A stretch of DNA of 62,536 nt, counting the filler, from Dirinaria sp. TL-2023a (lineage: Eukaryota), in the NCBI GenBank assembly GCA_051941275.1. It is 3 parts of 3 records of this genome, joined end to end, with 100 filler letters (N's around TTAATTAATTAA, not from the genome) between each part and the next. Parts side by side here need not be neighbours in the genome. Positions count along the whole stretch, not along the records: positions 20,932 to 41,757 come from JAVEBF010000276.1; positions 41,858 to 62,536 come from JAVEBF010000279.1; 1 more part is not named here. The stretch is one strand, 5' to 3'. Positions 39,756-52,000 of this stretch are shown here, one piece after another. A program made the position numbers and the translations under genes. The notes under the pieces were generated by a model. It made no database searches. It was not told the origin of the DNA and saw only the letters and a program-made list of their open reading frames with translations. Each line of letters opens with the position of its first letter. The stretch's first letter is position 1.

Positions 39756-41101
39756 ATGAAAGCCACTTTTACAACAGCATCAATATCGTACCTTGCACTC
39801 AGTCATACCATTCGCGGAGTCACAGCGGTCAACGTCTTTGCATACTCGCAGCCTACTTGTCTTTCATCAAACGGTAATATCGTCCTTCGACGCTGTTACA
39901 ACCTCCCAGAAGGAAGTTGCTGTTCTTTCCCCGCCCATCTCTCGACTAAGGCCGTATACGTTGGAGGATTCCCGCTCCCTGGCGGCATCGGCATGTGGCA
40001 TTGGCAAAACAACGACAACCCGTGCAGCCGAGTCAGGACAGCGACGGTAATTCTGATTCTGTGTGCATGACAGACGAAAGCTCCGACATATTCCACATGG
40101 ACGAGGATCTAGGTGGCGGGGGTTCTTGGACAGGGATTCCGACCCTTGCCGCGGCAAAAAGCCGCACCGGGACGACTGTGCCTCAAATCGCTGCTCCTGC
40201 AGGCTTTAAAAACTTCGAAAACGTCGGCAGTGTCTTCAAACGCGACAATCCGGACATGGAAAACCAAGGAGCATCCAACGACTCAGAGCGGCCTATCTGG
40301 ACCATCGAAGATGTTCAACACCAACTGGACACGAATCCAGCATGGAAGATCACGTACCCCGAGAACATGGGTGAGTGTTACGGCTGGGACCTCGAAGGTG
40401 AAGGCGTCTGGGTCCTCGAAAACATGACACGAGCGCGGTTCGATAAGCTGCAGTCGTTTCCAAGAGCCAAGAATCAGACCATGTACAATGAGTATCTCGA
40501 AGCCGTGGGTGCTGTTCACTACGATAATTGGAGGGACAATGATGGACTGTGGGACCACTATATCAACGGTCCCGGTAAAGTCCTTGTCAAGCCCCGCTGT
40601 GTACTGCACTAACAAAGTTGTCCTAATCTAGGCGGCGTATCTTCGAAGAACGCCAAACATGCGACTACGCTGGAAGGTACGGAACCTCTATATACCCACC
40701 CGCTCTATCCGCTGCCTACCTTAGATTCAAACGTCTAATGATGCTCTACAACTCTCAGAATCCCGCAAATCGGAGAGCCACTCCTCAAAGACTAGTGGGA
40801 ATCTACCATCATCAACGACTGGGGTTAGTATGCCATACACAGAGAGAACAAGTGCAACAAAGCTAACTAATCAAATTTTCGGACCAGCCTACAGATAAGC
40901 CCGAGGGAAATCAGGAAAAGTCTTCATCGAAGCACCTGCCACCAAAAACCAGTGTTAGTAGCCCACCACCGCCACCACACAGATCCACGTAAATCTATCT
41001 GACAAACCCCGCAGGACAAGCCAAGAACCAAGACCGAAGAGGCCAAAGATAAGTCCACGCATAACAAGGCCAAGTCGACTCCGAAGCCGTTTGAGGCTTA
41101 A
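39756..41101 (+). pseudogene. Cys-rich secreted protein with one frameshift near 40045 and a four-intron low-complexity tail (introns 40575-40631, 40677-40758, 40824-40887, 40954-41014)
   Basis: TATA-like box ~39603, signal peptide, CYNLPEGSCC motif; one extra G gives RTAT-GNSDSVC into ORF 39995; all four GT-AG introns have branch sites and keep frame to TAA at 41099-41101. Confidence 0.68.
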
Positions 41102-41639
41102 ACGCTATCAGTACCAGACTTATCAAAGACTAGAAATTCGATGTTGGGGGTTGTAGGCACGCAATGGGGGTATAGGTAGTCGTAGGAAACCAGGGCTGCA
41201 AGCAGAGGACTCTGTTTGGATCATTGAAACTGTCGTACTTGGATTTTATCAGTGGGTTTTATATAGATCGTTGCTTTTTGTCCGTAACCGAACTCATGTC
41301 ACGCTCATTTTAAATCAAGCGGAGATTGTATCTTGAAACTTTCAAGTAGACATTGAATCTATATATAATATGTATGCTCCGGGTTAAAAGGATTCTATTA
41401 TCGTTCTTTTTTCTCCAGTTTTTTTTGCGAGAGAAAGTAAGATTTTCATTCGTCTGCCATTCAACTAAGCGCATGTATAACATACACACATGCAGGTCCA
41501 GGTATCTAGAATCAGGGAATCGAGAACCACAATCTTTCCAGAATACCAACTCAAGCTAAGACAAGAACATCCAAGCGTATCCATACCGAAAGAAAAAGTA
41601 ATAGGTACAATATACCCCGGCCTGTGTCATCGTACTTTT

Positions 41640-41688
41640 CTTCTTCTTCTTCTTCTTCTTCTTCTTCTTCTTCTTCTTTCTTCTTCTT
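41640..41688 (+). repeat. (CTT)n microsatellite near contig end
   Basis: Seen directly. Confidence 0.9.
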
Positions 41689-41757
41689 TTGTAGCCGTGA
41701 CATAACATCCTACAATCAAATCCTGAAATCAAAAAGATACATCCCTCCCCCCTCCCC

Positions 41758-41857
41758 NNNNNNNNNNNNNNNNNNNNNNNNNNNNNNNNNNNNNNNNNNN
41801 NTTAATTAATTAANNNNNNNNNNNNNNNNNNNNNNNNNNNNNNNNNNNNNNNNNNNN
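41758..41857. other. Artificial contig linker (N44-TTAATTAATTAA-N44)
   Basis: Identical to first linker. Confidence 0.98.
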
Positions 41858-42246
41858 GGGTTGGTGAGGGTGGAGAGACCCGCGGAAGTATTTCGGGGAG
41901 CGGTATTGGTATCTATAGGATGTTAGTTTGGTGTTGGGGGTCTTGGAGGGGGGTGGGGGAGAATAGCTCACCGGCTAGCCGGCAGAGGTTTCTTGCGCGT
42001 TTTACTCCGTGTCACTGGGTCGTAGGATTCGATTTGCGAGGGTGATGGCGTGGGTGCGGTGTGTGAGGATGTAGGTACGACGTCCTCGGACAGTTCGCCT
42101 ATGCTGGATGTCGTCGTCGTCGTCGTCGTCGTCGAGGCCGCTCTTGCATAGGGGTATAGTCGCCAGCGCGAGATGCTGGCTGATCGACCTGAAGGGATTA
42201 AAGAGCTTCTTGAGCGTATTGGAAGCCGATGAGTGGCCATGTTCAT
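41858..42246 (-). CDS. MRPL7: Mitochondrial ribosomal protein uL5m, 5' part cut by contig edge; intron 41971-41913
   Basis: Arg/Ser-rich presequence, then YDPV.R...R...LPASR|YQYRSPKYFRGSLHPHQP typical of filamentous-fungal MrpL7. Confidence 0.75.
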
Positions 42247-43618
42247 GTGTGGAATCGGAATGTTTTCTTCTGTTTTGGAAGCTTTTTTGAGAATTCGAGA
42301 TGTAGATTGGTGGTTACGTTCGTTAGTTCGATTGCGCGCTAGTTTCTCGGCAATTCTTTCTCTTCTAGGATGTGCTCCTTGCATCCAGAATGCGCTATTA
42401 AATAGTCAATTGAATGTGCAACTGCTTTATAAGGAGTCACATTATGAGGAATATCAAGTCTATCAACGACGAGCTGTCGTCGATCCAGCAAACCGTCAAA
42501 GCTGTTTCAGTCACAACAAGAGCATCGAAAGAAAGCAAATTTAGACCTGAACCAATATGTCGCTAGGTCAATCAGGAGAACCCTAAAATTACTGCATTTG
42601 TTATTAGGGAATATCGGTTTATAGAAGGCGATTGGTCTTGGAGTTCCAAATCCAAGGTCCACTCTAAGCTAACGCAAAAGCTCCTATCCATGCACTCCTC
42701 CCCTATAAGAATAAGTATACAGGGTAGACGCTTATCCCAAAGCAAAGAAAGCAAAAAGCCCTCATCCCTCCACCACCCTCACTACCTCCTACCACAATTC
42801 TCGAGTAATTGTTTGGCGGTGCACGGGTGCTGTGTCCCTCCATAGCGTGCTGACGGGCTACTACAGACCCGCGAGCTCTCTGTTGATCTCTTCCACTTGC
42901 ACCTTGATTCCCCTTAATTGCTCTTCCGACACTTCCTTCATTCGCTCTTCTATTCCCTTTCGTTTAACTAGGAACTCTTTATCCGACTCTTAAGTATACG
43001 ATTGTTGGTGCCGAGTTCGAAGGCTATCAAGGCTGGTGGATACACGTGCTTGAAAAAAAAAAAAAAAAAAAATTGACGGATAATTAACAGTGGCTAGGTA
43101 TCATCACTGTAGTAAGGACCTACATCTGCCATAGCAAGCCTTGGCCATTCTAGGAGGTTTGTTGCGTTTTGGTAGGGGCTCTGTACGCGTCAGTAAATGG
43201 TCTAAAATTATCAGAAGAGGATATGACATAGGTTTTGCTGATCCAGGGTAATGTGAGAAGTGAAGGTTTCGTATCAATAGTAGTTGTAGGCTTTGGGTGG
43301 CAGGCGGTATTATAGGTGGGAATGGGACGGAAAATTTTTTAAAGAGTAGGAGGAAGTTAAAGTACAGTAGGTAAGAGGGCCTTCTTCAGATGCAATGGAC
43401 GGCTAAAGGCGTGGACGAGAAATCACCTTTCATGGTGAATACTAAATGTACGAAGTACAACTTCAACAGGCAATTTGAACAGGGTATAATTCATGGTAAT
43501 CTTACTCAGAACAACGCCTGCGCTATGTACCATGGCCATGATATGAACATTTGTACCTACGTGATATGTGAACATGGCCCCCTAGACGCCGAGCTTGACC
43601 CAACTATGTACAAAAATT

Positions 43619-46317
43619 TTACATCAACGAGCATTCTCTTTCGGGTTTCTCGAGCCTTTGCTTGGAAAGCGTTCCAAGTCGATGGGACTGGGAAGTCTTC
43701 CGACTGTGCGTAACAGCTGCCTCGAAAGGCTTCGGGCCATCTGATGTCGTTGGCCGAGAAGTTTTCCCAGTCAACCCAGTGCTCGGATCTGAGGCGACAA
43801 GGGATGAGTTACTCCTTTCTTTGGATAGGCGTCCGGCCAGCCGAGACAAGGAAAGACTTGACCTCTTGTTCACAGCTCGGCCAACCTCACCTTCCGACGA
43901 ACTGACCTTGCTGGTTTTTGAGGCACGACGAGATGCGCCGCCAGTGTTGTGGTTAGCGTCTACCGAAAGGAAGGAAGTAGAGCTGGCGTTCGAATCTCCA
44001 GCAATAGCGCTTGAAAAGGCTATGCTCTGCCGACGGTCATCACCTGTTCTTCCCCGCCTATGGTCCGGTATTGCAGAATCGAGGCTATGACGGCTTGGGG
44101 CATCAGATAATCCAGCAATACCGGAATCCGTGCCGGTAGACTCGCTATACGGCGGGGGTTCAGAGTCGGTTGGGAGGCTTGGGTCAATCGGTTCCACTCG
44201 ATAGAAAAGAAGATATGGCTGCTCTTTATCCAAGAACTTTCGAATGTCGTCAATATACGATATTCTTTCCTTCGCGAGATCGTCCATAAGAAGCCACCGA
44301 TCTGAATCACTCCCTTCGCCTGGGCTACGTACAGCGCTGATGTAATGTCCAAAGTCACTTCTTTGGCCTTGATGGCAAAGCAAGCTCTGCAGCACGAGCA
44401 CGAAACAGCCATGAAGAGGATCAACATCCGAGACTGAGTCATCCTTTGCAAAATGCGGCATGTCATAGACGAGGGGTATGTCGATGAATGTCCCGCGTCG
44501 CACGCTTCGGCCGTTCTCCATCTGCGATCGTTTCAGAGCTATGGGCACCTAAAATGCATGTGTTCAGTATGTATGGGCCGCTGATGAAGTATTTTTGGAG
44601 GGACGAACAATTGGCCGGTTCTGCATAATACTGGCAACCTCAGCGTCCGTGCTCGGTAGACGACCTTGGCCTTCTGACGGATTGCTCCACGCTGTAATCC
44701 ATAAGCAGACGATGTGATAAACAACCTAGAATACTCACGAATCAAATTGAAGAACTGCCATGCGGACATTTTCACTTCCTTCTTCAAGCTACCCGCTCGT
44801 CGGCGGTTGTTCATGAGATCGGAATATCGTCTGGGCGAGGGTGATTTGCCCAACTCCACTTTCTCCGGATCGACGGTGGAAGCAAATATGCTCGGCATTC
44901 TTTCTCGGTCCCCTGCAGGCCTCACAAGCAGCGTTGGAGATGGCGTACTCTCTGGTTGAAGTGCTTGGGGTGTGGATGGCTGTGAGTCTTGAACACTTGC
45001 CACCTCGATGTGCAAGGTTTGGCCTTTCCCAGAGTCATCAGACATGGTTCGTTTCATGGAATTCAGGGTATTTCTCCTTCCCTGTTGATATCGGTAGACC
45101 TCCACTCGGTTATCGAAATATGTAGTCAAACAATCCTCCAGAGAAATGCTATGCCCATCTTCGGGCTGAGCTGGGACTGGTACTTCGATGACCCGCTCCT
45201 CTACCAGCCTGTGGTCGCTGCTCGTATCCTCTTTACCGCTGTGAAATAGATCCATCTTCAGTGTGAGCATGGGCAGCGCCAGCTGATCTGTTATGAAAGA
45301 ATATGCTTCCGACGCATCTTGTTGATGCGTCTCAGCAGCTTCTTTCCATCCGCACGCAGCAAGAGCAAGCTGCAACTGCCTTGTCTGCGAGCGATCAGTA
45401 TGACCGCAGTAATCGCTGAAGCAGAGTTCAAAACTCACAATGTCTGTGGTAATTAATCTTTCTGTTCTCAAGAGATTCACCCAGAGCCGTATCATCATTG
45501 CCAACCGTCGCTTTGGCTCATCGTCATGTTTGCGAGTAAGCATCGATTCGAAGTTATCAAGACGACCAAACATCGCGAAAAGAAGCGCATCAAGCCAGCA
45601 TGTGACGCCGTCCCTGTTGATCGCACCCAAGCCTTTTTGCCATGGCTTGGCTGGTACAATACTGCCATTCTCAGTAGACCTTAATAGCTGCAGTACTTCG
45701 TCGGCCTTCTTGCGATCACCTTTTGCGTATGGCTCTTTCAATATACGTGCTAAAGCCTGATCCGCGACTTCGGTCGGACGGTCGATACCAGCTAGACGTT
45801 GTGATAATGCTTTACCCTATAGCACATTAGCGCCCTATTACGCAGGTCCGTGAACATGCGTCTTCGGCAGATTGACGCTTGTCAGCTAAGCTGATTGTGA
45901 TAAATTTGGTCGGTGTTTGGTTTGATTCGAGTAAGAACACTGTTCGAAAATAGAACGCAGACTCCTGCGTGCAAAAGGCAGGAGCGCCTTCGATAGTTTA
46001 CAAATTTCCCGCACGCAACATACCTTTTGCTCTTCATCTTTCTTTGGTACGTCTCTCTCATGGTCAGTAAAAGCGTCGTGCAAGGGTCCAGACGTCTGTC
46101 TAGGCTGCAATAGCAGATCCTCATACGCGTTAGCTGTTGATGCTTGAATCTCGCTTTGAGTAGCTGATAGCCGCGGACTTCTTTTCGTTGCCGGAGGAGG
46201 GAAAGCGGAAGACAACAAATTCAGAGAAGAGGTGGAGGAATTCCTCGCATGAACTAGCGGCATCGATGGAGAGGAAGGATAGGAGGAAGAAGCTGTAGAA
46301 GTGGATGAAGTTTCCAT
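43619..46317 (-). CDS. Ubiquitin C-terminal hydrolase (USP family); exons 46317-46024, 45816-45439, 45384-44739, 44691-44609, 44548-43619
   Basis: Cys box NRDGVTCWLDALLFAMF, QQDASEA, His box CHQGQRSDFGHY..DD; four GT-AG introns restore one frame. Confidence 0.88.
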
Positions 46318-46846
46318 AGCTCAACAAGTATAGGCAGATACAACGACGAAAGCGGTATTACGTTTTCATGTCCAATCTTTGGACGGTGTTTGTCCCGCAA
46401 GCTTCGAAATTTTTTGAGTCCACTCATGCTCATCAATCCCTGAGGTGGAAAGTGGCTACCTCAACCGGTGAATTGTTGACATTTTAGAAGTGAAAAGCCG
46501 TGACTCAACGGACAGGGTACCAAAGGTGAAGATCTCGGTATGCAGGGCTAGGGCTATTTTGGATGCAAAACGCAATGCGGTTTCTAATTCTTGCGTGATC
46601 GATGCGAATGATATGAAAGTTGAAATCCAATAGCCGTGGCCGAAGCGGCCTGGATGTACTGTATTCGCGGACTTGTCTTCAAGTCTGTTAGTCAACGGAT
46701 ACTACCTTACTAAGTTTACACTATCTACCTTCGGGACCTATTCGAAACCAAGACCCTTTGGTAGTCTAGAATGTACCGTAGCAGCACCTGCATAAGGTTT
46801 TCCCCCATAACATTTAAAGCGATCAACCTTCCGAGGTATCTGAAGC

Positions 46847-46875
46847 TACCTACCTTACCTTAGGTAAGGTAGGTA
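46847..46875. repeat. Perfect 14-bp inverted repeat TACCTACCTTACCT-T-AGGTAAGGTAGGTA
   Basis: Arms 46847-46860 and 46862-46875 are exact reverse complements. Confidence 0.9.
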
Positions 46876-47460
46876 AGGTAGTACCCTAAGGTGATCTTTC
46901 ACGAGCCCTGAGTGGAAGTGAACAACCCTAGCCTCGGACCTGAGATAGGTCCTAAATAGTGATGCTTTGGAGCTTGAAACTTCCTCGACACGAATATAGG
47001 CCTATGGTGAAAATGGGTTGCAATTTTCAAGCTGTTACAATCCACGTATATTGTGGCAGGATTTTGTTGGGTTTAAGAATAGCTATTGTACGAAGAATGT
47101 GGTCTATTTGGCAGGCAAAGCCGATGTCTAGGGTTCTAGTTTTTGTGATTCTGTGAGCTGGTAAGAAATCGGATACTTTGGATCGAGTCGGATGAGGTTT
47201 GGGCCTTTGGCGCATTTAGTGTCCGATTTACCTTATTTTGCAACTCGCGAGGTACGATTCAGTAGTACTTCAGTATCTTAGCCAGCCATCACTTATTCCT
47301 ACCTTACAAATTTACAATGAAACAATCTTTCGCGCTTTTACACCTCTAAACTTTCAATAATAGAGTTCAAAACCCGCCAAGGTCTTGTTCAGTCAATCAA
47401 GAACAAGCCGAGCCGCGCTCGTCATAGTCCAAAACTGCATACTCAATTGAATTAGCGACT

Positions 47461-48098
47461 ATGTCGAATCCCGCAGTGGAAATAGCTTCTACAATACAGT
47501 CGGCCTCGATCAAACGCCATCCATCGCCAACACACGATGCAAACCCGTCCACAGCAGCCTCGACGAAAAAACCAGTTGAGCCTGTGTCCCCTACCTCTGT
47601 ATCCTCCGAGAACAGTATCCCCGAGTCCGCGCTGAAGCCCGCTCCTCGACGAGCCAACCTACCTCCCTTACCGGATTTGCGGTTTGAGCAGAGCTATCTG
47701 GCCAGCATCAAGGGCGCTGAGACATGGTGGGCTGTAGCATGGATCACCGGGAGAGATCACGTACGCCAATACAATACAGGATGCCGCCGGGGGAATGTGG
47801 CTGATCTGGATTGCAGGTGCTTTTACCGCTTGTACAAGGAACGGTGTGGACTCTGGCATTGTCGGGTTGGAAATACTGGAATCGAGGCGCTCAACTCCAA
47901 GGAGCTGGCTTGGGAAGCCGGCTGCGAAGATGGTGGTGGAGCGTCAACCACTGGGATATTCATTCGCGTGCGGAGGCCAAGGCAGAGCACATTAAAGAGG
48001 TCAGTGTTTACGGAGATGCAATCGCAATGTTGAGGCCGGGCTTCTAATCTGAAGTTCAGTACTACGTAGGTCAGCTAGGCACCGGACAGGGCGACTAA
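47461..48098 (+). CDS. DUF1770/ATG43-family protein; exons 47461-47760, 47817-47999, 48060-48098
   Basis: LPPLPDLRFEQSYLASI, ITGRDH|VLLPLVQG, GSRLRRWWW.VN.W motifs; canonical introns. Confidence 0.82.
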
Positions 48099-48692
48099 CC
48101 TCTCGGTATTTCTTATCAGCATCAACAACTGGAGTTCGACGGTCATTCGAAAAGGTAAAGCGGCTGTTGAGAGCATTGATCCGGCTTTGGGCCCGCTCTG
48201 AGGAGCTCACGGACTCGAATCAAATCAGATATTACTGAATCCGGAGTGATTCAGGGAACCAAGTGATAAACAGTATGATTACAAACGGGACAGTCATGAA
48301 GTATTAAAGAGCTGTGGCGAGTGCAAATAATTAGCAAATTCGACCTGGACCTCACAAGAGCAAACGAGCAGGTAGGCTTATAGGCTCCGCCGGTCAGAGG
48401 GTCAGGGCCATACCAGGCTTTGCAAAGGACTTCCAACCAAAAACAAAGCCAGTACTTGGCCATGTGTCTTTTCCGAGTGGCGTCTCTAAATCAGACACCA
48501 ACATCCAGCACATATTGACAACTTGATGCCGGGCAAACATTGGCCGTCCGCCGAAGAGCCCGCCAATCTCCAAGAGTGTCACATTTCAGAAGTTATTCTA
48601 ATGGATTTGCACGTCATGATCTGGAATGGAACATGGATGGTTAGGAAGATCCCTCTTACTGGAGCAGCAGATTTGGTTAGCATCTGCTTGTC

Positions 48693-48950
48693 CTAAATCG
48701 CAGCTGCGACCCATTTCAGAGTCGCAAGACTTTCTTCTTCAATATCCAGTGATTCAACTACACCGGCATCATCACTGCCCACTTGATTGTGGGCCGCTTG
48801 GAGACATATCATGACCACATCAGCATAAGCATTGCCCATTCTGTATCGAAGATCTGCGCCAATTGAAGCTGATCCTGTATCTTGCAACAACCTCTGCTTT
48901 TCACTTACCATAGCATAGTATTCCGCGTCGCTCTGAGGCGCGAGCGTTGA
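48693..48950 (-). pseudogene. Orphan C-terminal fragment of a HeLo/pseudokinase-type protein
   Basis: LRYRMGNAYADVVMICLQ...EEESLATLKWVAAAI* resembles the C-terminal helices of fungal HeLo + kinase-like proteins; no space for the N-terminus. Confidence 0.45.
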
Positions 48951-49004
48951 AGTCTGAATGACATCGTCTGCTGTGTTGGGAGATCTATCGGCGTTGCTTC
49001 GCAA

Positions 49005-52000
49005 GTGGCGCAACAGGATGGTCTGCAAGGGCGCCCAAAGCATGGACGCCTCGAAAACCTGTGTCGCTGTGCTGAGGCTGAGCCATCAATAATACCAGAA
49101 TCCCGATTTGAGGAGATATCGAGAGCACTAGAGGCAGTTGTCCAGAAAAAGGCATGGGCTTCGCGACCAAGGACGTATTTCATTCTATGGCAGGTCGGAC
49201 GTGTCGATGCTACGGAAGCTTTCATCGGACAGGGAATCAACGATACATCACTACCATACAAGAGCCGAAGTTCTTTGCCAGAAACTCTGCATTTTGGCGA
49301 GGCCCCTCAATTCCTGGAATGGCAAGATAGAGTTAGCAGTGATATCCCGCACTTGGAGCAAGGGAAGCACGTTCGCATCTCTAACGGTGATGCCCTCTTT
49401 GAAAGCGGCCGGAAGAGGTTGGGCGTTGGAAGCCAAGGGTAAGATTCATCTCATGAGATCAGTATGATGTCTATATGGCTGCTCACATATTCGTCGAACA
49501 TTGAGCATGAATCTATCGGGATCTTTTTAGGATTCTCTAATAAATGCTGACCGAAATTGCAGATCCACAGTCGTGGACAAAGTTACTAGCAAGGCCACAG
49601 TGAAAGTCTACGCCGCGGAAGCGGATAAATCGCACGAAAATTTTTGGTTACGACAAGCAGGCGCAGAAAGTCTACGAAAACGAGTTGAAGACCCTCAAAA
49701 AGGTGGCTGATCATGAACACTCATCAAAGTAAGAGGGACTTATACCGACAGAAAGTACATGGTGATGCTGTTAGATCCAGTCGCAGACGAGAACCTCAAG
49801 CAATATATGACTGGAGTATCTCAGCTCTCTGCCAAGGAGCAAGCTCGTTTCCGAACTTACTTTGGCTGCCTTGCTCACACTGTTCGATTTCTCCATGATC
49901 CGAATATCGAGGTCCCTCATAAAGACATCAAGCCTGAGAACGTGCTACTCAAGAATGGGCACCTTATCCTGACAGACTTTGGGACAGCTTTCGATTGGTC
50001 CAAGACTGGTCAGAGCATGACCCTAAGTAACGCTAAGGATTCCCGGACGCCACGATATCAAAGTCCGGAGTCTGCGCTGGGAGAGTTCCACCGCTCGTCA
50101 GACATCTGGTCACTCGGCGTGATGTTTCTTGAAATGGTCACCTCCCTTCGTGGCAAAACACTGGGAGAGATGGATTTCTTCCTCCAGGGACACGGCCAAT
50201 GCGCCACTAGTATACATCTCAACATTGAAGGTGCAATGAATTGGTTTGAACAATTGCAGGCTTACCACTTTGGCTCACCGATCGACAATGAGCCCTGACA
50301 TGGATAAAGGGAATGCTCAACCGCGTACGATCCAATCGACCGACGGCCGCACAGCTGTTCGATGATGTCGTGAGCTCTCAAGATGGGAGATTCTGCGGTG
50401 TGTGCTGTCAGGATGCAGAATCCAGCTGCAATGGCATTTCTGAAACCGAACGGGATGTGCTCTCTGACATTCTGGAACTTGATGAGCCCAACACTTTGAC
50501 ATATCCCAGCGGCCGACAATATGACGGTACTGTTTCAGACGATCGAACCTACGAGGGGTTAACGCCAAACTCGTCCTCCAACAACGAAGAAAGTGTAGAA
50601 TCTGCACGAATTGCGAGCCTGTTACATGCCTCAGTCCTAAAGTATCAGATTGCTTGTCAAAGCAACATAGACAACCCAGGGTATTCGCGCAGCTCATCTG
50701 CTAATTGTAAAATAAGTGATCAAGCCCTTAGGACACATTCAGCATCTCGACATGTCGTCCCGCAGATTGCATCCAGAGCATTCAAGTCCTCCATGGAGGC
50801 TTACTCGTCAACAGCTCAAAAGCTTGGGACTAATCCACAGTCAAAGAACTTTCACGAACGTGATTACTTCATACAATGGTTGTCTGGTGTTTTGGAATAG
50901 TTCGCCCACACGCCACCACAACACCGTTCATAGTTCTCAAAGTCAGCCAGTCATGAAAATTACGCTCCGAGTCTCGAAATACATAGGATCGAGCAATTCC
51001 TGCGCTCTTTACCAGAGGAGATCACAGGCTATGACGATTCCATGGGCGACTTTGAAGATTTTGGAATTACGCTGCCTTTTGAATCATCGAATCGAAGCCG
51101 AATAATGCCAGCCGTCTCTCGTCTCATGAAACGACCAAATAGTCAAGGGTACCTCCAACCTACGTCTCACTTGCTACATGAAGGAGATAATGAAGACCAA
51201 TTTGCTGATGACGAGAAGCCAAAATTGGTGCACTACGCCAGCAACGGAGATCTTCATTCGGCTTTAGCACTATCAAAGAAGCTTTGCATTTAATTAAGAG
51301 GGATGTCGAGGAGTTTGTAGCCATGATACAGCTTCCAAAAAGTAGACCGGAACCAGAGGCTGATGGTGCCATCGTACAGAATCAAACGCTGCTATTGGCT
51401 GGTTCTGCAAATGTAGAACATAGGCCTGCGGCTGGCGCAGATCTAAGATCACTCGTTGCAAAAGAGAGTGTTTTTGAAGATATCAGAGCTTGCACTGGCC
51501 ACACCGCTGATAAGGGGCCGGCAAATGCCGAAGCTCAACAGAAGCAAGAGGGAAGACGGCTAAAGAAAGTTGACCCTCGGACTCAAAGTGTGGTTCCGTC
51601 AAAAGCCGTGATAACTTTGGAAGCCCCTCCATCGAATGAAAAAGAGATTATTTTCAAAGATATCTCAATTCACACCGATCACACCGCTGATAAGAGTTCG
51701 GCAGGTGCCGAAGCTCAACATAAGCAGGAGGGTAGACAGCTGAACAAAAATGACCGTAGGACTCAAAGTGTGGCTTCATCAGAAGCCTTGATAACCTTGA
51801 AAAACCCTCGATCGACGGCATTCACTAGAAAGGACCCAGTGAGCCGCCGACGACACTTCGAACCTGCATCCGATATCATGAAGAGAATCCTGGACGATAA
51901 GTCCTCTGAGGTGCCAACATCAGTTATCGCTGCGAGGACGCGGGCTGCTGTATCAAGCGGCCGAATCGGTCTCCGTTGGAATGACAAAGCTTATGGGTAT

